Assembly (NCBI RefSeq): GCF_902459465.1
Contig: NC_047079.1
Location: 7,316,001-7,380,000, forward strand
Direction of reading: 5' to 3'
Length of the DNA stretch: 64,000 nt
From: Asterias rubens
Taxonomy: Eukaryota
Positions 43,938 to 54,900 of the stretch are shown here, one piece after another. Each line of letters begins with the position of its first letter. Position 1 is the first letter of the stretch. The notes beneath the pieces are model-generated. The model ran no database searches, was not told the origin of the DNA, and was given only the letters and a program-made list of their open reading frames with translations. The position numbers and the translations under genes are program-made.

Positions 43938-45524
43938 TCATGAGCTATGTAGCCCCATGTACTCATGCGCAGTCGTCTCTCTATCACAAAGATCCATGTA
44001 TTCTCTATCCCCGGGAAGTTCATACTCCCCACCGTCTGGTTCACTGACGTCAGACACAGCTTTTCTGTCACTTTGTCGAGCTGAAACCTTCTTGATGAGT
44101 CGACCTGATCGACGATCCGTACTCAGGTTCCGTGGTATCGCGGTTTCTCGTTGCCTCTCACGAGATTGAGATTCGTGATATTTGGGGACCTGGTACCCGT
44201 CGTCGTCCATTATCATCCCGTCTGAACCTCCTGCCTCCTCAGACGTCATCGGTGTGTCACGTGGTCCTTCTGAAGCAGAGACGGCGCTCATTGGTGAGAC
44301 GATGGGCACCATTCTAGTATCTATAGAAGTTGCGTAATAACTCGTGTGGCATCCTTCTCCTTGTAAGCCTTGCCTTTGGTGTGTTGGCTTCATGGGGGGT
44401 TTAGGAACGTTCAGAATCTTCCGTCTTTTAGTGATGCAGACGACCATTGCCATAACAGTTACAGCCACTGATAAAATTGCGATTACTACCCACAAGGGTA
44501 TTGGCTGACTGCATTTCTCTGTGCATCCAGACACGCAACAGTCGTCGAGACTTTGCAATACAGTAACTGGCTCTCTCGTTTCGCTGACACTGACGTCATT
44601 ATGAGCTGTGCATCTAACCTGCAGACCAGTGCCATTTTCGTAAACAGATTTCTTGACCATCACTAGAAATCTTTCTGCCTCTATAAACTCATATGTGTTG
44701 GATGCATGAATCTTCTTCCATTCCATCGACGAATCATTAACCAACCAATCATACCTCGTAACCGCTGGTACCGCGAACGCAACACATTCTAAAAGAAACG
44801 TCGACTCGGAACCGTCTTCATCCGGGAGGATACCAGTATGAACCTTGACCCTGGTCGTCATAGGAACCCTCAGTGGTGAAGCCACCGTGCAGTTCGGACC
44901 TTTGTCTGTATTGTAACCAGCAATGCACATGAACTGTCCGTTATTATCTGTTTCTGTGAGAACATGCAGGGTAACTAACTTTATTCCGCTTTGTGTCGTT
45001 CTGATTTGGCGCGTTGGCTCCACTGACCAGGTAAGTTGTGTACCGACTGTCATGTTTTCCGGCACTTTACAGGTCAGCAAAACAGTTTCCTCTACCGCGG
45101 CATTTTCATGTGGGTCAATTGTACATGTGGGGGTTCCGACAACCTGCAAATGTCCACAGTTTGAAACTTTGTTTATGTCTGTAAGCCAACACGCGTACAT
45201 CCCAGCATCACTGAATTGTACATTGTTAATCTGGAACTTACTGGAGTTGCCACTGAACGAGAAGGAGAACCGAGTGGTATCCGCATCAGGGTTGAAATTT
45301 GGTGTACGGCATGTCCCAATGGTAAAATAAGAATAACTGTCGCAACCTGACTTCGAAGATACCCAGGAAATACTTCCACACTCGTAGTCTTGGTTGAAAA
45401 CGCACTTAAATGTAGCAACGCCTCCAACGGCAACCGCAAAATTTTCTGGATCTGCCAAAAAAATGCTAGCTTCTGAAAACGACACCTTTAAGCAGCACAG
45501 GATAAAGACAACCACTGTTTCCAT
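43938..45524 (-). CDS. Intronless type-I Ig receptor, paralogue D, with an ITAM-like tail, 528 aa
   Basis: Same architecture as 39872-41503. D3, stalk and tail are nearly identical, while D1 is more divergent. The tail ends EYMDLCDRETTAHEYMGLHSS. Confidence 0.92.
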   Translation of the reverse strand: METVVVFILCCLKVSFSEASIFLADPENFAVAVGGVATFKCVFNQDYECGSISWVSSKSGCDSYSYFTIGTCRTPNFNPDADTTRFSFSFSGNSSKFQINNVQFSDAGMYACWLTDINKVSNCGHLQVVGTPTCTIDPHENAAVEETVLLTCKVPENMTVGTQLTWSVEPTRQIRTTQSGIKLVTLHVLTETDNNGQFMCIAGYNTDKGPNCTVASPLRVPMTTRVKVHTGILPDEDGSESTFLLECVAFAVPAVTRYDWLVNDSSMEWKKIHASNTYEFIEAERFLVMVKKSVYENGTGLQVRCTAHNDVSVSETREPVTVLQSLDDCCVSGCTEKCSQPIPLWVVIAILSVAVTVMAMVVCITKRRKILNVPKPPMKPTHQRQGLQGEGCHTSYYATSIDTRMVPIVSPMSAVSASEGPRDTPMTSEEAGGSDGMIMDDDGYQVPKYHESQSRERQRETAIPRNLSTDRRSGRLIKKVSARQSDRKAVSDVSEPDGGEYELPGDREYMDLCDRETTAHEYMGLHSS

Positions 45525-46172
45525 TTTAGAAGTTATCTAATTGACAACAACAGCTATAATGACGGCTCAGTGCCAATTCCCACACCAATTATTAAATTGA
45601 GCCGTTCAAAGATAATTTTTTCTGTCCCTGGCTTTCATTTTCGTTTATTTAAATATTTATTTCCTTTTGGAAATTTACATTTGTGTGTCTGTTGCCATAG
45701 AGGGCGCAATATTACATGGTACTGGGGAATCTTTATAAAGCCTTCTAGGCGTATTACTTTTTGCTAAGGAACCCGGCTAACTTGCACAATGTCACCAAAG
45801 CAAGCAGCGATAGTGTTTGCGTCTTAGACCTTTTTTCAGGACTGCAAAATGTAAACATCAAGACGTGTGCCTACAAAAAAAAGGCTGTTATAGGACCGGT
45901 GTGAGAGGAGAGTTGCTTCACCCCCCCCCCCTTCCCCGCCCCACCACACCCACCAACTAACGGAAAATTTAATGCAGATCGGAAGTTTCGTCTTTATAGA
46001 GCCCTCTTTCGACTGCTTCTTTCGGCCCGTGTTAGCACCAATGAGGTACACACATCGAGAAAACAAAATCCCTTCTGATGACACCTGCGTTGGAATCTGT
46101 AAGAAGTGAATAAATTAAGCGCTCTCTTGTAAGGATGAGGACTGACGTCAGCACAATGCTGACATCCAGTCT

Positions 46173-46558
46173 TTAAAGGCACTGGACACTTTTGGTAATT
46201 GTCAAAGACTAGCCTTTACACTTGGTGTATCTCAACATTTTATGCATAAAATAACAAACCTGTAAAAATTTGAACTCAATCGGTCATCGAACTTGCGAGA
46301 TAATAATGAAAGAAAAAAACCTGTCACACGAAGTTGTGTAAGTTTAGATGGTTGATTTCGAGACCTCAAGTTCTAAATCTGAGGTCTCGAAATCAAATTC
46401 GTGGAAAATTACTTCTTTCTCGAAAACTATGGCACTTCAGAGGGAGCCGTTTCTCACAATGTTTTAGACAATCAATCTCTCCCCATTACTCGTCACCAAG
46501 AAAGGTTTTATGCTAATAACTATTTTGAGTAATTACCAATAGTTTCCACTGCCTTTGA
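46173..46558. mobile_element. Kolobok-like MITE
   Basis: TTAA-AGGCACTGGACACTTTTGGTAATT ... AATTACCAATAGTTTCCACTGCCT-TTGA. Confidence 0.85.
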
Positions 46559-46946
46559 AGGAACACGTTGCCTTGGATCGGACGAGTTGGTCTATTAAAA
46601 GCGTTTGAAACCGTTTGTTATGAAATGCATATGGTTAGAAAGATGTTTTAAAAGTAGAATATAATGATCCACAGAAGTATCACTCGAAACTGCACGGTTT
46701 TCCTTTTACGTCGCGAACCATCACGGTCGGCCATTTATAGGAGTCAAAATTTTGACTCCCATAAAATGGCCGACCGTGTAAGTCGACAGGGTAAAAAGAA
46801 AACCACGCAATTTTGAGGCATATTTGTGTAGATCATTGTATTTTACTTTTACAATATCTTTCTAACCGTATACATTTTACAACAAACGGTTACAGAACGA
46901 TTTTCAAAGACCAACTCGACCGATCCAAGGCAACGTGTTCCTTTAA
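46555..46946. mobile_element. Second Kolobok-like MITE family with a ~31-bp TIR
   Basis: TTGA-AGGAACACGTTGCCTTGGATCGGACGAGTTGGTC ... GACCAACTCGACCGATCCAAGGCAACGTGTTCCT-TTAA. Confidence 0.85.
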
Positions 46947-47052
46947 TGTTACTACACCGTACACACTGGATATGCCATGATAACCCAGGCTTGACCGTTC
47001 CTAAAGGGGTGTCAATCAATATGAACCGGCGGGGCAGCAGACAACTCTGCCA

Positions 47053-47255
47053 CAGCCGTCGATTTCACACAGAGTTAGGACTCGTCTTATCTCGAGTTAG
47101 GACAAGTAACTCGTTAGGACGAGTAACTCGTCCTAGTAACTCGTCCTAACTTAGGATTAATCTCCAGGTCTCCATGATACAGTGCAGGGTTGGGACTCGT
47201 CCTAAGTCCTAAGATTAATCCTAAGTTAGGAAGAGTTTTGTGAAATCGACGGCTG
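47053..47255. mobile_element. MITE with a perfect 17-bp inverted repeat, related to the 10292 element
   Basis: CAGCCGTCGATTTCACA ... TGTGAAATCGACGGCTG. Internal GTAACTCGTCCTAACTTAGGA resembles GTAACTCATCCTAACTTAGGA at about 10371. Confidence 0.8.
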
Positions 47256-48129
47256 CATCCTTTGTGTACAAACTTAGTTTGCCCGACTGCCATTGATAAA
47301 TCAAACCAATATCAAACTTTTAAATTTTAAAATTGATTGTAAGAAAACAAATAAGCTTAAATAAACCCAGGCACTACATGGACATGTAAGATTAAAATAA
47401 CGCCGAATAATTTACGGAGAACACCGTGAAGACAAAAATGTGGATGATCGGCCATCCTACGTATCATTATGCTGACAGTAAATTTAAAATATCACGTAGT
47501 TTTAATTGGGGTTTGTGGTAGGTTTTGTATTAAAACTGTGTTCTTTCTTTTCTTTTTGCTACTCAAAGTAGACAAGGAAAAACCCTTTATTCCTACCCTT
47601 GATCGAATCTGATATCGGTGTATCACTCCAAAATAACGATAGTGAAAGCTATGAAGTGAAACACATCAAATTGAATTTTCATTTTACTATTTTTTTTATA
47701 TTTTTTTTATTGAAAAGAAATTATTTAATTAAATATGATCATAATGTAAGTAGCTAACGAAACTTCCCAATGTTTTTCAAGTCAGTTTAAAGTTCCCCTT
47801 TGTGCTTTCTATTATTGACTAATAAAAGGGCGTGGAACAAACAAATGACCTCGTCAAAAGTGAAAGAAAAACCTTGTTAGAAAGGCTCATGTGGTTTTTA
47901 CTCCCGGTTATGACGTGCAGAAGTATTATTGATATTATTTTCACTACGCCCTTACATTTTATAGACCGAAGATGGTCACTGCTGTTGAGCTGTGAAGAAT
48001 CCCAACCTGGGACAGAATAAGGCTGATCTTATTGACTCTAATTAAATGAAGAGTAAAGTCAAATTATTTACATTAACTTGGCTAATTAATTGAGTTACAA
48101 TCGGGTTTGGTGTTAAAGTTGTTGTCAAG

Positions 48130-49407
48130 ATGGCGTCAGTTCTACACAGCCTCGCCATTCTGCTGGTTGCTACATTGGTGTGCTATGTAAAAAGCAACGT
48201 CAATGTGACCACTACGTCAATCATGAACAGCGAACTCAACCCAACATCTTCCGGAGGCTCAGTTTGGTTCCCTGAGGATCAACTAGGAGTGACTGTCTGT
48301 TTGCTGGCTCGTGAGGAGGGGGCAGACGTCTTAAACATCACCCTTGAATGCAGAACAATGCCTTCTTATCAAAATGTCTCATGGAGTATCAAGAAAGCAA
48401 CGGGTACCTCATGGGTGAACATTGAGGCTATCTCTGATGAGAGGTTTGAGGTTTCTTTGAGGCAACTTCGAATATCAAGAGTAACCCTCCAACAAGATAA
48501 TGGTCTTATGGTGAGATGCCTCAATTTGTGTACTCGTATCAACGACGCGTTCACAGTCACATACCATGGACAAAATATGAGTAACGAAAACACATGTCCA
48601 TTTAACGCAATCACAGATGCAAACCGAACAGATTTGAATCAGAATTTCAACACCACGTGCTTCACCGACACACCCAGGCAACTGCACCCTATAGTCTTCA
48701 TGTGGGTCGCCATAGTTGTCGTTGCTTTAGGCGTTTGCCTGGTTGGTGTACTATGTTATATTTCTTCAAGCAAGCGACAACGAGGTGAGCGTGGTGAGGG
48801 AGGTGAGAGAGATGACATGGGTGGTGAGTCAGGTGTAGGACCGTCTAGTGGTGAAGCTCAAGCTCGAGGCAAGGGTAGCCTGGACACAGTGTACTCATCA
48901 CCTAGAGATATCTGTAGTTCTAATACCCTATCGAGGATCCAGGCATTTCTGTCACCGAAGAGACCGGCATCTACGTCCATTGGAAACACTCCCTCAGCCG
49001 AAGACGTAGACGCACCACAAGCCGCTTTGGACCAACCTGAAAAGTCATCCACTGTACGCTTGAAACGTGTAAAGCGTTTTAGTGCAAAGAAAACGGTTGC
49101 TGAACCGGCTGCAGGGACGTCTAATGATGATGTTCCAGCTACACCTGGAGATAAGCTTGGCATGATTTATTCAATACCTCGAGAGATCCGTAAGTCAAGC
49201 ACTCTGTCCAGAATCCAAACATTGCTGTCCACCAAGAAAGCGCACTCTACATCAAAGGCTGATGAAGGACTAGACACAGCCGCCGCCGTGGACCAACCCG
49301 AGCCAGAGACGCCCAAATTGCGCTCAAAAGTCCGAAATGCAAATACACGTGTAAAGACTATCTCAGGTGAGGGCTGGCTGGATGATAGACCGTATGTAAA
49401 TGTATAG
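48130..49407 (+). CDS. Intronless type-I receptor with one Ig-like domain, an internally repeated tail and C-terminal YVNV, 425 aa
   Basis: Signal peptide MASVLHSLAILLVATLVCYVKS. Ig-like ITLEC...VSWSI...LRISRVT..DNGLMVRC resembles D3 of the neighbouring genes. TM IVFMWVAIVVVALGVCLVGVLCYI. The tail has two copies of YS.PR(D/E)I..S.TLSRIQ. Confidence 0.88.
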   Translation: MASVLHSLAILLVATLVCYVKSNVNVTTTSIMNSELNPTSSGGSVWFPEDQLGVTVCLLAREEGADVLNITLECRTMPSYQNVSWSIKKATGTSWVNIEAISDERFEVSLRQLRISRVTLQQDNGLMVRCLNLCTRINDAFTVTYHGQNMSNENTCPFNAITDANRTDLNQNFNTTCFTDTPRQLHPIVFMWVAIVVVALGVCLVGVLCYISSSKRQRGERGEGGERDDMGGESGVGPSSGEAQARGKGSLDTVYSSPRDICSSNTLSRIQAFLSPKRPASTSIGNTPSAEDVDAPQAALDQPEKSSTVRLKRVKRFSAKKTVAEPAAGTSNDDVPATPGDKLGMIYSIPREIRKSSTLSRIQTLLSTKKAHSTSKADEGLDTAAAVDQPEPETPKLRSKVRNANTRVKTISGEGWLDDRPYVNV

Positions 49408-50712
49408 ATCAACTCTTTCTAAAAACTAATCGAAAGACAATAGGTAGGTAAAGTCTCGACGTTTCGATATAGACACTATAAATCTTCATCGGATCAAGAA
49501 ACTACACAAAAGTTTATGTAACAAAACAATACCAAAGTTTAAGTTCAGATTGTACTATATATTGGATGGATATTGATAAATATTAAGTAAAAATACGTGT
49601 GAAAGAGTAAAGTAAAAACATTGAATCAAACACAGTCAATGTACGTACATACTACCAATTAAGGATTTTCAATTTATTGCAGCGTTGAATTAATAATTAC
49701 ATCTCTAAAATACAAAAATGTGGACGGATCGCGTATGAAAAGATCATTTTTTTTTAATATTTAAAATATATAATAATTTGTTATATGAGTGTGATCCAGA
49801 AAACTAAAAGAATGTTTTCAAATTATTTAATGTCATTGACAAATGAAGTATCAGTCATTTGCTGTCAATAACGCTTCTCACACTGTCAGCAGGATTGTTA
49901 TTCCTGCGTGACATATTATTCGCTCTGGATTTACGGCGATATCTCAAATACTAAACCACCTTTTGAACTGAAATGTTCATATGTTAGTTGTATTGTATAC
50001 ACATGTATATCTAATATGATTAAAACAATCTAACGGTTGCAGCAACCAAATGTATACTGTGCCTTTAAGTTTGACATTTCGAACTACAAGTTCACACGGT
50101 TTGAGGAACAAAATAAATAAGTTATACGTTCAAACAAAAGTGTTAAAGTCAATCAAACTTCAACTGCTAAAGGAAATGAATGGCCATTATTCAACTTGAA
50201 ACAACCCGCTTTTCGAAACTACTATTTCCTTTGCACAACAAAATACTTTGAATGGATGATCACACAGTAACATGCTACTGTTTTCGTTGTGAAAGCTCAC
50301 TGGTCATAAAAGTCATACCAGTACCAGTCCCTCAGAAGGGTGAAGGGTGGTGAGAAGTTCATATTGTTAGAAGTCACAATAATTAATTTAGCATTCGTCA
50401 TAACCATGACCTACATCGTTCTTAAGACTATCTCTTAGAATTGGTCATAACTATGATCTGTAACAATGAAGTCATATTTATGACATGTCATATACGGGTA
50501 TTGTACAAGTCATAGTTAAGAGATAATAAAACAAAAACAATTTTGACCAATCATACGACCAATCATAATTATGAGATTCTAGTTATAATAGGGCTTGCTC
50601 TATGCATTCTTTATCTATCAATAGTGTGGTCAACGATTTTCAGGAAACAGGACAATATTTTGTTCTTTTGTTTTTCAAGGTTAAGATTTCCTTTTTATGT
50701 AAGCTATCTGGT

Positions 50713-51073
50713 TTAAAGGCAGTGGACACTATTGGTAATTACAATGTACTCAAAATGATTATTAGCACAAAACCTTACTTAGTAACGAGTAATGGGGAGA
50801 GGTTGGACACGACTCCCTCTGAACTGAAGTGACGTAGTTTTCGAGAAAGAAGTAATTTTTATCGAGTTTGATTTCAAGACCTCATATTTATAATTTGAGG
50901 TCTCGAAATCTCTACTAAAAGCGCACAACTCCGTGATACAAGGTATTTTTTTCATTATCTCCCAACTTTGATGTTCGATTGAGTCCAAATTTTCACAGGT
51001 TTGTTATTTTATGCATATGTTGAGATACACGAAGTGAGAGACAATAATTACCATAAGTGTCCAGTGTCTTTAA
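50713..51073. mobile_element. Complete Kolobok-like MITE
   Basis: TTAA-AGGCAGTGGACACTATTGGTAATT ... AATTACCATAAGTGTCCAGTGTCT-TTAA. Confidence 0.85.
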
Positions 51074-51930
51074 ATGGCTCGACCTACGGGTCCATCGTAT
51101 GCTACGATAACTATGGTATGTAATCAAATGTATAGTCAGAAAATCTGCAAATATAAAGTGAAGTTACCATTTAGTGTGTTCACAAGTTACCGGACAATAA
51201 ACTATATAAAAAAAAGAAAACAAGTTTGAATCTCAATTTACTTTTTGTCTTCCAGAAACAAATGTAGCCTACAGGTTTGAGTATCAAAGTCTTGGACATT
51301 GAAAACGGCTAACAACATTGACTTCTCCTACATGTGCTTCGATTGTAGCAATTAAAATAAGCTAAATGGTGCAAACAAGTAAACAAGTTTTTCATAGTAT
51401 TCTATAGAGAGTGATATAGGCTAGGTGCTGTGTTTACCAACAAACTATGTGACAGGAATGAATTTAAAGTTGTAGAGTTGACTCCGTTTGTATAACAAGA
51501 TCAATGGGACTGGCCAAATCACCTCTTTATATCAACACGAATGTTATAGTAGGACAGCAAAACAAAGACGCACAAAGAAGAAATTAAATTTATGACTTTA
51601 GAATGTACTCTTTATAAGCAAGACCTGATTTAGCCTGCTCTTAATAATTAGGGTTCACTACTGCACTTTTCTTTAACAATAAATCGACATTGTGCACATA
51701 TTATTTCAGATATATGAACTATAAAAATAACTGTTCTGAAATACATGTAGGTAATTACTGCACATAACTCATTTGATACCTGAGTTAAATCATCTTTCTT
51801 GATCATTTTTCCCCGCGAGAATTTGAACATTTCTTTGGCATTTTTATGGATATTAAATAAATAGGATATTTGATCATTGAGTCCGATTTCATTTCTTGAA
51901 TTTGCGTAAGTGTTATGGCTAAAGGTTTTA

Positions 51931-54900
51931 TCAAAGCCAACTTTGCTTGACTCGGACAACCGACTGATTTTCAACGGCTCTCAATTCTCCCCGTTTCATT
52001 TCTGTTTTCCCATCACTGGGCAAATCAATTTTCCCCGCCTGCACTTTGTGTCGATTGGAATGAGACTCATTCACCATTGGGGATCCAGAGGGGGACTCGG
52101 GAATAAAAAATGGATCTGATACCTCCTGCTGGGAATTCAACAGCTGTTTTTTCCGGGCGGATTGTATAACATGCGGTATGGCAGGATGGGGATCTTTGCT
52201 AGTACGCTGGAACATTTTCAGTTTGAACTCCGGCGTTGCCATTTCCGTTTTGAATGTTGGGTCAAGACGAAGTGGACTCATCTCAAACTCCATCGGGTCG
52301 TGGTTTCGGTGAGGTCGCGGTTGCGTTTCACGTGTCGGGGACTTTATCCGTCTTCCTGGGGTGGTTTGCCTCGGTCGTCGATCATGGTTTTCAGTCTCTG
52401 ATAAAAAATGAACCATGGCCTCGGAGCCTGGGCTGGAAGAGCGCGATGAGGTGTTGAGATCTCGAGGAGATCCAAGGCGGTCAGGGGTCAGTGACATCGG
52501 TGAGGTTGGTCTCTTCAGGGACAAGGATGTCGGTGAGGTGGTTCTATTAAGATCAGTGTGCATCAAGCCATGGGTAAGAGGTTGAGGGAAGTCTTGGTCT
52601 GGTACCCTACCCCGTGTGTTCGGTGCTACGCTTATAGATGAAGCATCAACTCTTTCTGGTGACGGCTTATCTCTTGGTGAGGATTTTTTCGGTGTTGAAT
52701 GTTTCCCGGGTTTCCAGTTTCCAAACTGTGTCTCAGAAACAGTCTGCACTTCCGGTAGATTATTTGGAGATAAAGTCAACTGAGACATTGGAAGCGCAGC
52801 CCTAGAGTGTTTATCTCTTCTCTTTGAGGTTTTTGAGGTCTTACCATCAGAAGCCTCGGACTTCTGACTGAGTGCTTTGTTGAATTTTGAGGCAGAGAGT
52901 TTAGTTGTCGCTGTTGACAGCTCACTTATCTCACTGTACTTTGCATTACTTGAGTGGTCTTCATCATCTTGGAATACAGGCGAGAAGATGCCTTCCTTTT
53001 CACTAAATGTTCTTAGAAGTTTTTGGTGTCCTCCTTTATGCTCTTTCTTCTTATCCTTGACCTTTGACATTATTGTCTCCTTCCTGCCGAGAGCCTCCTT
53101 TTCGCTTATGTGGAAAACTCCAGCAGGATTACTGTGACTTATCATTTCCTTGGCAACATCATAACTATCGCTGCTACCGAGATATTTGTGGACAGCAGAG
53201 ATGGGAATAGCTCGACCTGGTTTCGGAGGTTCAGTAGTCCTGTCATGACTCTTTGTGCTTCTTCTAAGATTAACTGCGTCCGATGGTTCTTGCTTTGGTC
53301 GAGAGGATGAACTTTGCTTCCGTGGTCTGTGGTAGGATGCAGGAGGAACAGCTAGTCTATTCGGTGGAGACGTCGGTCGGGTCAGTTTCTTCACGGGAGT
53401 TTCACCTTCCAAATCTTCAATTTGTAAGACGGGAATATTTGGAGTGCTCCTGCTGAACCTGGAGAGTGACGGGGACTCAACTTTGACCTCCGAGAGACCA
53501 GAGTCAATGGTCCCTGGAAGAAGAGTGTTCATTTCATGAATTTCTACAACATGGATGTCTGGATTGCTGTGACTGAGATGCGTAGATCTCGGAGAGTCAT
53601 TCATAACGGTGATGGCTTGCAATGCATCATGGTCCATCTGTTCATCGTCAGGTATGCTTAAAGAAACTGACGGGATGCTCTCAGTTGAGTGACAGCGCAC
53701 AGTCTGTAAGTTGATGTCACTAGTGGCCCGCTGCTCTCCCGCAACTTTCAAACTCTGTTCGGAAGACGAGCGAAGGTTTGGATTACTCACTGTCTTATTA
53801 GTGTACATCCCCTCCGAGACGATAACAAGATCACTTGGGTCGTAAGAATGAACATTATCCGGCATCGAGTAATTAATGCATGGATGAAGTCTGTACTTTC
53901 TCTTTCGAAGCTTGCGGACAGCTTCCTTCAGAGGGAGTTGCAAGTTGGCCACTGTGAAACTTTTATTTGTATACTTGTGCTTAACGTTAACGTCAATATG
54001 AACGGTTTTACTCTCAACGATCTCCTTAGTGATGTTTTTGTACTCCAGTGGTTTAGTAAATAGGAATGTACAGGGGAGGTAGATGGCTTTGAAACTTTCC
54101 TTCGCTGATTTACGTTTGACGCTTACTAAGCTGGTTTTCATCTTAGCTGGATCTTCTAAGCGTGCGTCCTCTGTCTTTCGTTTGGAATCACCCTTCTTGT
54201 CTGGAAGAAGACGACTTTTGATGCTGAGGCGAGTAACATTTGCCACTTCAGCTGCAAACAAAATAAAAAATAATTTGTTCACAGAACTCGGGAATGTACT
54301 GAGTACACAGTGCTTGACAAACATTGACGTAAGAGTAAAAATAAATGATATTCTTTATCCCGATGCAAAACTAACATCTATTACAATTTTCTAGTCTTTA
54401 GACTTTCATTAAAAAATTCACTTCGTTTCAGTTCAATATTTTAAAACAAAACTTCACAACCGAAAAACTTCACAACCGAATAAAAAAGAAGATAAACTTT
54501 CTTTCCATACAACAAAAAAGGGCAACGACTACCCTAGTTTAAAAATTTTCTCTGCAATTAATTGCGGTGGGAAAATGTTATAAACTCTTCCAACCAACAC
54601 TGTGGATTAAAAATCAACAACCCCTCTGTAAAAGCAACAGCATTTTTATGTCTTGATATTTACCTGGTGGTAAGAGAAGATCCTCAAGCTGCCACACCCG
54701 AATCTTCATGATTGACGTACGTGAGTTATACTCAAAGGACAGTTGAAGATGTCCAGTGCCTGAAAGGAAATGAAAGGACAACAAGAAGTGAGAAAATGAA
54801 AATTTAAACTCAAGCTGGGCTTAATTATGGTGCTGCAGAACCCTGTCTCATAAGTGGTAAACCCAAGTTCCGCAAACTAAGTGGCGCCATACAATTTGAC

